Shown: positions 12,891 through 24,075 of the stretch, in pieces
Position numbering within the stretch: the stretch's first letter is position 1
How the letters are laid out: each line of letters opens with the position of its first letter
Assembly (NCBI GenBank): GCA_963514005.1
Contig: OY740785.1
Location: 62,744,001-62,808,000 of the forward strand
DNA length: 64,000 bases
Source of the DNA: Raja brachyura
Taxonomy: Eukaryota
Direction: 5' to 3'
Program-made: the position numbers and the translations under genes
Notes under the pieces: generated by a model
Seen by the model: the letters and a program-made list of their open reading frames with translations, nothing else
Database searches by the model: none
What the model was told of the DNA's origin: nothing

Positions 12891-14109
12891 ACATGACTAA
12901 TCTACATATTTCCCCCCCAAAATTGCCATAGCAAAAATAGCTGTGAAGATGACTTCATATATCACATTTGAATCAAGTTTCAAGCAAATTATGTCAAGGA
13001 ACCATCTAGGATATAATTAAACCTGTATAATTCATAATCATATAGAAACAATTTAGTGCAATTATTTCTGTAACTTTTCTTGGTATCTCTTTCTTCATTT
13101 TTTTGTGAACAAAGCAGTCAAACTTCAATTTTCTCAGTGCTGATATTTTTTAGAAAAGTATTCAATATTCTTTTGAGTATATTTATTTTAGTTTAAAACA
13201 GGTTGTAATTCGAGAATCAGGATGTTAAGTCAAGAAATAAACAAATAGTTTTCTTTAATTGACATTATATTAATGCTATTTGGATCATGTTCCTGACCAG
13301 GGGTTTCATCTTTCCTCAGTGTCATTTGGTTTCTTCCCACAGCAATATTTCACAAATTGTACCTCTGCTAAATGCTTAGTATTAACCCTCAATTTGCATT
13401 TTACACATCAAATAATCTAATCTTTTCCTGTAGTTTAAGTTTACTGTGTCATAAAATAGCAAGAATCTCTCCAAAAGTGAAACTCCGAACTCCCAGTAGG
13501 ACTAGGCCAACCCAAAATGTCACCCATTCCTTCTCTCCATTGATGCTGCCTCACCCGCTGAGTTACTCCAGCATTGTGTCCACTTTTGATTTTATCTCAC
13601 ACATCTATTTGAGAGTTCCACATTCACCCATTTGAGCCTTACACATTTAATTATATATTCAGTTCCTTACACATTAAATAAACATTAGCTTGTCTAATGA
13701 ACAGATGCTCTAATAAACTCTGACCCATTAGTACCATCCTATTTTAGGTATAGCGAGCAACAGGAAATCTGTATCCAAAAAGAGATGGAAACATCAAACA
13801 AATAATTTAGTTTGACAAAACACTATTGCTGTGAAATAAATGAATCAAGAGTGTTTACCATTTTAAGTACTGTTCTCGCTTAATTTAGTGCAAGAAATAC
13901 AGACTACAGCTGCGCAGGTTCAGCCTTCCCATTTGGTTGAGACCAATAAATGTCAAGAGTTATGTTTCTTACATGCCTTTTGTTAAAGTTTAAAAACTGA
14001 TCATCAAATCTAAACTTTCAATAATTTAATCTTTGTGTTTACTGACAAAGATTTCATTTTTTCTGCAAAAATAAAGTTGAACTATACACAGAATAAACAA
14101 ATTTCACAT

Positions 14110-14115
14110 TTTATT
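14110..14115 (-). promoter_or_regulatory. Probable CDC5L polyadenylation signal AATAAA
   Basis: tttatt on + strand, about 350 nt past the stop; T/GT-rich sequence follows on the minus strand. Confidence 0.6.
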
Positions 14116-14462
14116 AGAATTTTACTCAAATCACAGTACAAATCACTCTTTCCATCCGTTTAACATACAATTAAGAAATGGTCAGAAAATATTTGACTAC
14201 TGAAGCGATGAGAGTAGGCCAGCGTAACATTTTTTCTTCTTGCAGTACTGACAGAGGAACATGACTCCATATATTACTTAGATTCTCCATGTGGAATATA
14301 CAAAGGATCCATATATACTACAGCAAAATTAGTACAATTTGCACGGGGTGACATCTTGAAGTTTCCTTTATAACCATTATTGTCACAGAAAATACCTTTT
14401 AAAATGGAGTTCACTGTACAGCGCCATGTTAAATGCATGCAGAGCAGAGGTTGTTCCATTTA

Positions 14463-14636
<174 letters not shown>

Positions 14637-15404
14637 TCAAAGCTAATACTTTGTGGACCCGCACTTTAAAGGCAGAAAATAAAGTTTCACCTTTAAGCTA
14701 TGCAGTGAAATATAATGCTTTTTAAAAGATTCTCTAGAACCTATTTTTAAATACTTTGCAACGACACAGTATAATGGTCCCAAAACCGTGTTTTGATGAA
14801 AGGTTATCGACCCGGACATTTTTTCCATCCACAAATGCTGACCTGTGGACTACTTCCAGATATTTCAATTTTTATTACTAAGATATATCATTAGTCTTTA
14901 AAAAGTTTATCTTGCCAAATACAGAAATTGATATTTAATCTAATTGAGGTAATTCAGATTTTCCCCATAATATACCATTTGTCTGTAATATACGTTACTT
15001 CAATTCAGAATTTATTGGCCAATGATCTTCTACATGTCTGTCGAGGAAAAAGTAAATGTACAATTCTAGGAATTAATATTTTACACAAGGTTACCAACTT
15101 ACCATTTTGTTAAATAAAAATAAGGTCAAAATTTGTAATCACCCTTTCATAAAGCATATGTGTTCATCTTACTCTCCATATTAAAGATCAATCTATATGG
15201 AATTTCATTTCGGAGTCACGTGAGTGACTTCTTGAAGAACCCGCCAGCACGCATGCGCGACATATCGTCGCAACGCGTTGCTGCCGACGGCTGGCGGTGG
15301 GGCGCGCTCCCCGCCAGTCCTTCATAAGGGACCGCTAAGGTAAGTTACACTAACCTTAAGTTGGTTGGTCCTTGCTGCGAGTACTTTTGTCTTTCAGCAA
15401 AGGC

Positions 15405-16991
15405 ATGGAAGGGAGTTCCAGAGGCCGTAAGATGTCCGTCCGGAGTCGCCGGCCACCTGTCCTGGAGCCCTCATCATCGGCTGCACCTGCGAGACAGGCC
15501 GGGAAGAAGGCGGGGAAACCGGGGAGCCCTGTTGCTGCAGGGGCCGACCTGCCGATACACCGCAGCTCCGGGGAGGAGTTCGAGAAGCAGGACTGCGGTG
15601 TGCCACCGAAGCAGGCAGACCCTGCCTCCGCATTGAGGTCGCCAACGGGCCCGTTGGCTGACCTGGGCAAGGGCTCGCGTGCGGCCCTTCACCCTGAGCC
15701 CTCGGAGAAGAGGGAGGGATGGAGCCCGGAAGCCTAAACCTTTAGGGGCAAAGGCGTCACCTGCCGCTAAACAGCGGACTGGTGTCATGGCGGGACTCAA
15801 GTCCACTGCGAGGACCAGTGTTGACTCCCCAACCACCGAGGCCGGGACGGGTCACTTGGGAGGAGTCCCGCCACGGCCAAAAGACGGCGTTTGAACACAC
15901 CTCCCGCGCGGGAATCGCTCAGCTTTGCTGCGGCGGCTGGCAGCGACAACTTCTGGCACCGGGTTCACCTCGATGAGGTGCGGGCCGATGAACGGAGCCT
16001 CAGCAGTGTATCAGAGCATGAGGACTCCGACCGCCCGAGTGTTCAGGGCGAGGGGCGTATTGACCGAATGGAGCGGATGTTGGAGCTCCTCTTGCAGAAC
16101 CAACGGCAGGAGGCATCCAGCTTCAAAGGGCACAGGGAGGTTTCGTCAGTCTCAACAGCCAGCCTGAGGCAGCCAGAGGAGGAGGAATTTTTAGACCCTA
16201 CACCGGTTCCATCCGAGGAGCCGCAGGAAGAACTCCTTGATGTGGCGGCGAAATTTGCTTCTCCGGAGACAGCGGGACTTCCCCTCAACCCCAAACTGGC
16301 TGCCACCGTGGACTTCCTAACTAACCACCAGCTCCAGGAGGAAGTTCTATCACAGGCCATCAACAGGCATAAAGCCCCATCCAACTGTAACTCCCTCAAC
16401 GTGCCTGTAGTCAATACGCCAATCTGGGGCAACATAGGCACAGCCATCAGGACTCAGGAGATAAAGCTCCAACGCATCCTGAGGCTGCTTACGGCTGGGA
16501 ATACCGCGTTCGCGCGGTCGGTGGATGGAGAGGACCTCAACCTAGAGCAGGAGGATGCTCTCGCTCTGCTATGTGCTACTCAGCACGAAATACATGCCTT
16601 CCGGAAAAGCAGCATCCGCCCCACGCTCAACCCTAAATTTGCTGGGTTGTGCAAGGCGCCTCCTACACCACCGCCCAGACAGCTGTTCGGGGAAGACCTC
16701 CCAAAGAGGGTTAAGGAGCTGGATGAACACACCAAAACGGTGGGACTAATGCCATCTCAGATCGCCCCCAGGCCGGCGGCCAAGAAAGCACCATTTATTA
16801 GGCCACGAGGCCCTGTCACCAGACCGACACGGACCTACGCTCCAGCTCCACCTCAATACCAGCAGCCCCAGCAGCCGCGGCCTTTTTTAGGGCAAGGCCC
16901 GCAGCGGCCTCCGTGGAAGATGCGGACGCCGCAGCACCAGCCCAACCCAGCACCTCCACGACCCGCCAAACATGTCAGGGACCGCCGGTAA
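15405..16991 (+). pseudogene. DIRS ORF1 (gag-like), frameshifted in its N-terminal part
   Basis: ATG at 15405; pieces 15372..15737, 15679..15894 and 15891..16991; DIRS ORF1-type core PSNCNSLNVPVVNTPIW...LQRI...IRPTLNPKFAGLC...LFGEDL. Confidence 0.8.
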
Positions 16992-19078
16992 CGAGGGAGG
17001 TAAGGCGGTCTGGTTTTCATGCACCTGTGTGCTTAACTTCACATGTTGGTGGGCGCCTTCGGTTCTTCACGGAGGCATGGGAATCTATCACTTCCGATAA
17101 GTTTATTTTACAAAGTATACAAGGCCATGAGATTGCATTTATTAATGGCAACATTCCTCCATCCCAGCATATGCCCAATCGGACATTTACGCTGTCTGCC
17201 ATTGAACAGGCAGCAGGCTATGCTGAGATCTTACGATTACAAGAAAAAGGTGTGATAGAAAGGACTATACACGAACCAATTGAATTTGTATCAAACATAT
17301 TTACCAGGCCCAAGAAGGATGGAGGATGTCGGGTTATTATTGATCTGACCCATTTGAATACCTTTGTAACATATACCCATTTCAAAATGGACACTTTCGA
17401 AACAGCCAAGTCATTGATTTCTCATGGCTGCTTTATGGCATGCATTGATTTAAAAGATGCATACTATTCTGTATCCATTCGGAAACACCATAGGAAGTTC
17501 TTAAAAATTGTCTGGATGGATCAGCTCTGGCAATATAGGGCTTTGCCAAATGGGCTTACTACAGCCCCTAGATTGTTTACTAAATTACTCAAACCTATTA
17601 TGGCCAGGCTACGGAAGCAACATCATATAGTGATGGTCTATTTGGATGATATTTTGATTATTGGCAATACCCTGGAGTCGGCTGAACTGGCGGTTTCAGC
17701 CACTGTGGCACTTTTTCAGGAAATGGGGTTTATTGTCCATCCAGATAAGTCGAAGTTCTGCCCTTCACAGGTTATGGATTATCTGGGGTTCACCGTGGAT
17801 TCCAATCGCATGAGGGCCACCATACCGGCTAACAAGGTTGAGGATGTCACCCAAGTATGTCAGGATTTAGCCTGCGCCAGTATACCATCAATTAGGCAAA
17901 CTGCTAAGGTGATTGGCAAGATCGTAGCATTGTTTCCAGAAGCTCAATACGGGCCTTTGCATTATCAAAATTTGTAAAGAGCCAAGATCTCCGCGTTAAA
18001 ACAGAACGCCGGTCATTTCGACAGATCAATGCAGCTGCCTCTTAAAGCTAAGATTGAGTTACAATGGTGGGTGGACCATATTAGTGACTCATTTAAACCC
18101 ATCATTGTGCCCAATCCGATGGTATACTTGCAAACCGATGCAAGCTCCTATGGCTGGGGAGCTACGGACAACTACTCTAGTTGCGGGGGCAGATGGGACA
18201 CCCTTGAATCTACTATGTTGTTGTCACAAGGGATAAACTATTTGGAGATGCTTGCAGCATTTCACGGACTTCGAGCTTATTGTTCCAATCTTATTGACGC
18301 TCATGTCCGTATCCAAATAGACAATACCACTGCGGTGGCATATTTAAACCATATGGGCGGTACCAGGTCAATTTCATGTGATGAATTGGCTAATACAATT
18401 TGGCTCTGGTGCATTCAACGGAATATTTGGATTTCAGCTACCTATTTACCAGGTGAGCTCAATACTGTGGCGGACACCAGGTCACGCAAGTTTAATGACA
18501 ACATCGAGTGGATGTTGCATCCTCAAATCTTCACTAAAATTACAGCTAAATTTGGTAAACCGGATATCGACCTCTTTGCGTCACGGTTAAACCATCAGGT
18601 ACCAACATACGTTTCGTGGGAACCAGATCCTGGGGCAATGGCGATGGATGCATTCTCGCTGGACTGGGGGAAATGGTTTTTCTATGCATTCCCCCCATTT
18701 TGCCTCATCAGTCGGGTATTGCAGAAAATCCAGATGGATGCTGCTGAGGGCATTCTTATCATACCCGACTGGCCTACGCAGCCATGGTATCCGGTGGTCT
18801 TTGACATGATCAGTCAACCTTGGGTCCTCTTAGAGGGTTGCCCACAATTGGTCACTAACCCTGTGTCAGGGGAACCACATCCCTGCCATAGCTATCTAAA
18901 TTTGTTGGCTTGCAGATTCCGAACCGGCCATTACTGCGGTATGTCCTATCACCCAGAACAATGGATACCATTGGAGCGTCATGCCGGGAGTCCACCAGGC
19001 GGCAATACCTCTCCCACATCCGAAAATGGGAAGCTTACTGCGGCTGCTCTCAAATTACATATGACGCTGCATCCATAG
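16913..19078 (+). pseudogene. DIRS pol: reverse transcriptase - RNase H - DNA adenine methylase-like domain, one in-frame stop
   Basis: VGGRL, IDLKDAY, LPNGL, YLDD (17639-17650); RNase H TDASSYGWG, INYLEM, DNTTAV, ADTRSR; methylase-like DLFAS, AFPPF, WPTQPWYP. ORFs 16913..17977 and 18029..19078 share a frame, split by TAA at 17975. Confidence 0.93.
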
Positions 19079-19899
19079 CCGACGTATTGGAATTCCTCGC
19101 GGGGTTGCACCATGATGAACACTTGAGCTACAGTGCCATCAACAGCGCCAGGAGCGAGCTGTCATTCTACCTCAATATTGAGGTAGGATCCAACAGGCTG
19201 ATGTCCAGGCTCATGCGAGGTATATTCAATTCGAATCCGCCCAGACCACGCTATAATATCACCTGGGATGTCAGGAAAGTACTAACCCTGCTCAGGACGT
19301 GGTCGCCCATGGAGGGGCTAGAGCTGGACAAACTCACCATGGAACTGGTGATGTTACTAGCACTGACTTCAGCGCAGAGGGTACAGACACTGCATAAAAT
19401 CCGGATCGACAGGATGATCTCTACCCCTGCAGAAGTAGTCTTCTTTATCGATGAGCTACTAAAGCAGCATAGACCTGGGTGCACAGGGCTGCAGCTGAAG
19501 TTCCCGGCATACCCCGCCGATGCAAGGCTATGTTTAGCCGCCCATATCCGTCACTATGTCAAAGTGACGAGAAACATAAGGGGAATGGAGAAATACCTGC
19601 TTGTCACTCACAAGAAACCTCACCATCGAGTGTCAGTCCAGACGATATCCAGGTGGCTCAGGATCATCTTGGGTAAGTCGGGTATCGACACTAATGTCTT
19701 CAAATCCCATTCCACCAGGGCTGCATCAATGTCGGCGGCGAGGGTCATGGAGGTGCCCATGGACCATATTCTCGCTACAGCAGGATGGGCGAATGAAGCT
19801 GTCTTTCAGCGATTTTACAACAAGCCTGTTGCTGCTCCTCTACAGTTCGCGGAGGCCGTGCTGAATGCAGGTCAAGAACGTGGAGATGTCCCCGAATGA
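18910..19899 (+). CDS. DIRS tyrosine recombinase, open frame
   Basis: N-terminal core-binding region, then SAQRVQTL (R), HSTR, AGW and FQRFY (catalytic Y); AATAAA at 19922-19927. Confidence 0.92.
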   Translation: MQIPNRPLLRYVLSPRTMDTIGASCRESTRRQYLSHIRKWEAYCGCSQITYDAASIADVLEFLAGLHHDEHLSYSAINSARSELSFYLNIEVGSNRLMSRLMRGIFNSNPPRPRYNITWDVRKVLTLLRTWSPMEGLELDKLTMELVMLLALTSAQRVQTLHKIRIDRMISTPAEVVFFIDELLKQHRPGCTGLQLKFPAYPADARLCLAAHIRHYVKVTRNIRGMEKYLLVTHKKPHHRVSVQTISRWLRIILGKSGIDTNVFKSHSTRAASMSAARVMEVPMDHILATAGWANEAVFQRFYNKPVAAPLQFAEAVLNAGQERGDVPE

Positions 19900-20005
19900 G
19901 GGTTTTTTTGCTTTGTTTATTAATAAATACTATTCTTGTTTTTCAGTACAAGCAGTTTGGAAAATTGTTTACTCCCATCCATCCTTGCTAGTGGTGTGTC
20001 AGCAT

Positions 20006-20099
20006 GTGACTCCGAAATGAAATAGTAAGATTAAACGAGAACTTACCAGTTCGAAGGTTGATCTTTATTTCATGAGGAGTTGTGATGAGGGATTTCGTG
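20006..20099 (+). repeat. DIRS internal complementary region (ICR)
   Basis: 20006-20022 is the reverse complement of 15203-15219; 20020-20099 is the near-perfect reverse complement of 20237-20316. Confidence 0.95.
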
Positions 20100-20781
20100 C
20101 CCTCCGCTCCCAACCCTCGATCATAATCAACTGGTAATTAGAGTCTCTTCAATCTTACTATGCCAAGTCATTTCGGTTTCTGTGATTCCACACCGCTACT
20201 TTGAAGAATGTCGCGCATGCGTGCTGGCGGGTTCTCCACGAAATCCCTCATTGCAACTCCTCATGAAATAAAGATCAACCTTCGAACTGGTAAGTTCTCG
20301 TTTAATCTTACTATTTTATGTGTGAAGATTCCAAGTGAAAGCGGGATGTTATGTAAGATTTGTAAGAATTTGTAAGAATAATTGTTTTTACTTGTCCCAG
20401 AAAATGTTCAATACCAATGGAAGTGATTGTACAAATAATAGAAAACATCTCCCATCACTTTGGAGTTAGGTCATTTAATGTGCCTGAGATTTAAGCACGT
20501 TAATTTGTGCAAGGGTCACATTCAAATTACAAGTTGCTGCAATTATAAAGAATGACAGTCTTGCTTTCTGATAGTCAATTGCTGTGACATGAAGGCAGAG
20601 TCAGTAACTGCAAAAACTGATTCCACGATGTGATAGGCAGCAACATTCCTCAACATTTGTCACTCAATTCCAGCTTGGTCTATTTCTGTATTATCACATT
20701 TTCAGTATATTTCTTGATTTTATTTATTTTGCTCTTGACCCCAATTTTCCAAATATTCTTATGACATATTTGAATAACTTA

Positions 20782-21114
<333 letters not shown>

Positions 21115-22703
21115 CTAAACACACAAAAAAAAGTAATTTCAAGATATACTGCCACCATTTCCTAGAATTAAAATTGTTATTAGAAATTACTTACTGCATA
21201 TTTTATAACTGAATGTGATTTAAGACTTTGACCTTGTGAAAATTCAAAAATATCTGTCATGCTCAAATTTTGTCCAAATGGAATAGGAATATATCATTTT
21301 GTTCCTTGCACCCACTCTACTGCAGTCAGGTTATGTCTGATTTTTTAAATCTGTGTCACAACTTCATAACCTTAGATTTTCTTAATATCTAAAAATCTAT
21401 TAATACTTGTTTTAAATAAATCCAGTGGCTACGCCTCCACAGCCACCTTGGTAATGAATTCCAAAGACCCCCCTTATTTTGAAACTGTAACCGTTGGCTC
21501 TTGACAGCCCTGTCAATTCCCCATTTACTTTGTCAAAAACCTTAAGTTTCATACTTTTCAATTTCATGGTTCATTATTTTAAACTCAAAAGAGTGTAGGC
21601 CAAGTATGTTTAATCACTCAATGTATAACAGACTAATTATCCCTGGAATCAATTTGGTGAAACTTTATTGCTTTCCATCTTTTCCAACTGTTTCCTTCTA
21701 AGGAGCGTATAATCCAGATACCATGGTTATATACAAAAGGCGCTAGATTCTACATTCTTGTTCTTGAATACAATTGTAAGAAAGACAAATATATTGCTTG
21801 CTTTCTAAATGCATTCACTTCCAATGCTAAAAGAAACCCAGATCTTTTTGTTCACCAACACCTTTCAATCTCTTACCACTTAAAGTAAAATTCTGCTTTT
21901 CTATTTCGGCAGGTAATTGAGGCACGTATTGTCAGAACATTTAAAAGACATCTGGACAGCTACATGGATAGGAAGGGTTTAGAAGGATATGGGCCAAAAG
22001 CAGGCAGTACAGGTGTGGATGGGTACATCTTGGTTGGCATGGGCAAGTTAGACCGAAGGGACTGTATGAGTCTATGATTCTAGCCTGTAAGTTTCTGATT
22101 CTATCTAAGCACTTGAATAGCACATTCAATTTCAAAAGTGGTAGAGGGTAGGTTAAATAAGATAAAGTGATAAACTACTTGGATATAAACTGCAAGAAGG
22201 AAAATGCATAGACAGGGGGAAAAAGAGGCAAGTTTAGAAATTTGGAGCATAGTTTTGTTATAAAAAGACATTTCAGGAAGTGTGTTGACTTTATTGGCAT
22301 AGGGAGCTGTGAAGCATGATTAAACTGAAAATATTATTTTACCTTCCATTATAAAAGTTTTTTTCTGAAATAATGAACTGCATGAGGATTTTGCAAGCAT
22401 TGGATTTCTGAGTAAAACTGATACTGATTATATTAAAATAAACCAGTAAAAGTGCTCAATGCTGCAGTATAAACATCTGCTTCAATAACTCAGAATCAAC
22501 CAATGCAAAGTTCTGTGAATTAATACCAGTGAAAAGATTATAACAAGATCCAGTCTGTAGGCACGTAGTGTGAAAATGTAATCTTTTCACGGTAATAATT
22601 TAATAAAATAGTTATTTCTTTAGAATTATTTCTTAAATATCTTTATTCTGTACTTTTTTTAAAAAATCCTTATTTTTAGTCATTCCAAGTGGTAAAACGA
22701 GTA

Positions 22704-23216
22704 TAGGTTCACCACTGATTTCTTGGCATCGTTGGTTCTAGAGCCTTTCTGGATTATCTGTTTTGCCAGATCAAAAGAGGTAATTGCCTGCGAGAGGAGT
22801 CCAAAGATACTGGAACGGTCCACCCACCTGGGCAGCTGAGGAGCTGAGATATCGGCCCGCAAAGTCAGCCTCGGAAGTCGGCAATGAGAAAGGATTTGTC
22901 GGCTCCAGCCGCGCCGGAGTTCCAGAACCTTCGGCCACAGGAAGCAAATTCGACCCACCCATCGGTCAAGGACATGGCTAAGGGAACGGATCTGCTGACT
23001 TTGGCCAAGCTGAATTTCCAGAGCCCTGGCCACAGGGGGCAAATGTGACCCGCCGATCAGAAGTTCCGATGAGGTTGAGATTGGCCACCTCGCCCAGCTT
23101 AGGCGCCACATTTCCGGGGTGACTTCCCGGGGAGATTTAAAGTGTGCTCTCGTAATTTTGTTCAAATTAAAGGAGGTGCTAGGCCACCAGTTGCCGGAAA
23201 ATCAGTGGTGGACGTG
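22704..23216. mobile_element. TA-flanked MITE (Tc1/pogo-like) with GC-rich internal repeats
   Basis: ta|taggttcaccactgatttcttggca ... tgccggaaaatcagtggtggacgtg|ta. Confidence 0.7.
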
Positions 23217-24075
23217 TATTGGTAAAGTCTTTTTAATATATAAAAACAATCTATGATTACCCATTTTGCAAAATATTTTTGAGGCACATAATGAAGATAA
23301 CTGTGCATTATACCTAAACGGTAGTACAGATAATAAGGAAAATAAAAGTAAAGAAGGCCACCCAGTACATCCATTTCTAAGAAAATCCTCTGAAAGATAT
23401 TGGCAAAAAATTGTTTTACCACATTTTTACAATGCTAAATAGTGCTTTGGATCACCCCAACACCGTTTGTGATTTTCCATTGCAAGGTGCACAGAGCAAT
23501 GTTATTGGTTTACATGTGTAATGCAGTGGTATCACAGATTCAGTGCTGCCTTACTCTGTCACATTAGAAGTCCTTGCATTTGATGACATTTAGCTCAACA
23601 GCTGCAATATCAACAGCCAGCTTTTAAAAGGGCATATCAAAACATAAGTGGCAATCTTCAGCTAAAAGGGGGTATTGCTACTAAATTAATGGATACTGTG
23701 ATGATTGACGGTTAGTGGGAAGGTGCTTCCAAACGTGAAAGGGAAAAATGGGCAAGTTGATGAAGAACAGTGCACACAGGACACATGTACTTAGTATAAG
23801 CAGGGCATAGAGAATCCCCAAGGCTACTCCTGGGAGCTCCTGGCAAGTGGCTGTCAGGGAGATCTTTATGAATGCCTGCACTTCAAGAAACTGGCAATGC
23901 AGCCAAATCAACGAACCCATTCTGCATACTCTGATGGGATGAATAAATAGTTAACCCCCCCCCCCCTCACAGTAGTATACAGTACACGTGACCATCCTAT
24001 TGCAACATTGAGTATTAAACCATGAGATCATGCAGAGATAAGCAGTGGCAGCTTGGAATGATCCCGAGGTTGGGG

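Larger units (their letters stand above)
15203..20316 (+). mobile_element. Full-length DIRS1-type tyrosine-recombinase retrotransposon in CDC5L intron 15
   Basis: gag, RT/RNaseH/methylase and YR ORFs; imperfect ITRs (15203-15263 vs 20208-20268); ICR at 20006-20099 complementary to both termini; ATTT at both junctions. Confidence 0.96.

Noticed and set aside
1-14000. Exons of a neighbouring known gene such as SUPT3H
   Set aside because: No recognisable coding match found by eye; the region is mostly repeats and AT-rich spacer.
18910-19899. Phage integrase / prophage or bacterial contamination
   Set aside because: The recombinase lies with gag and RT between DIRS ITR/ICR termini, inside a spliceosomal intron.
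22680-23165. 161-aa ORF
   Set aside because: Lies inside a TA-flanked MITE and has no transposase or other motif.
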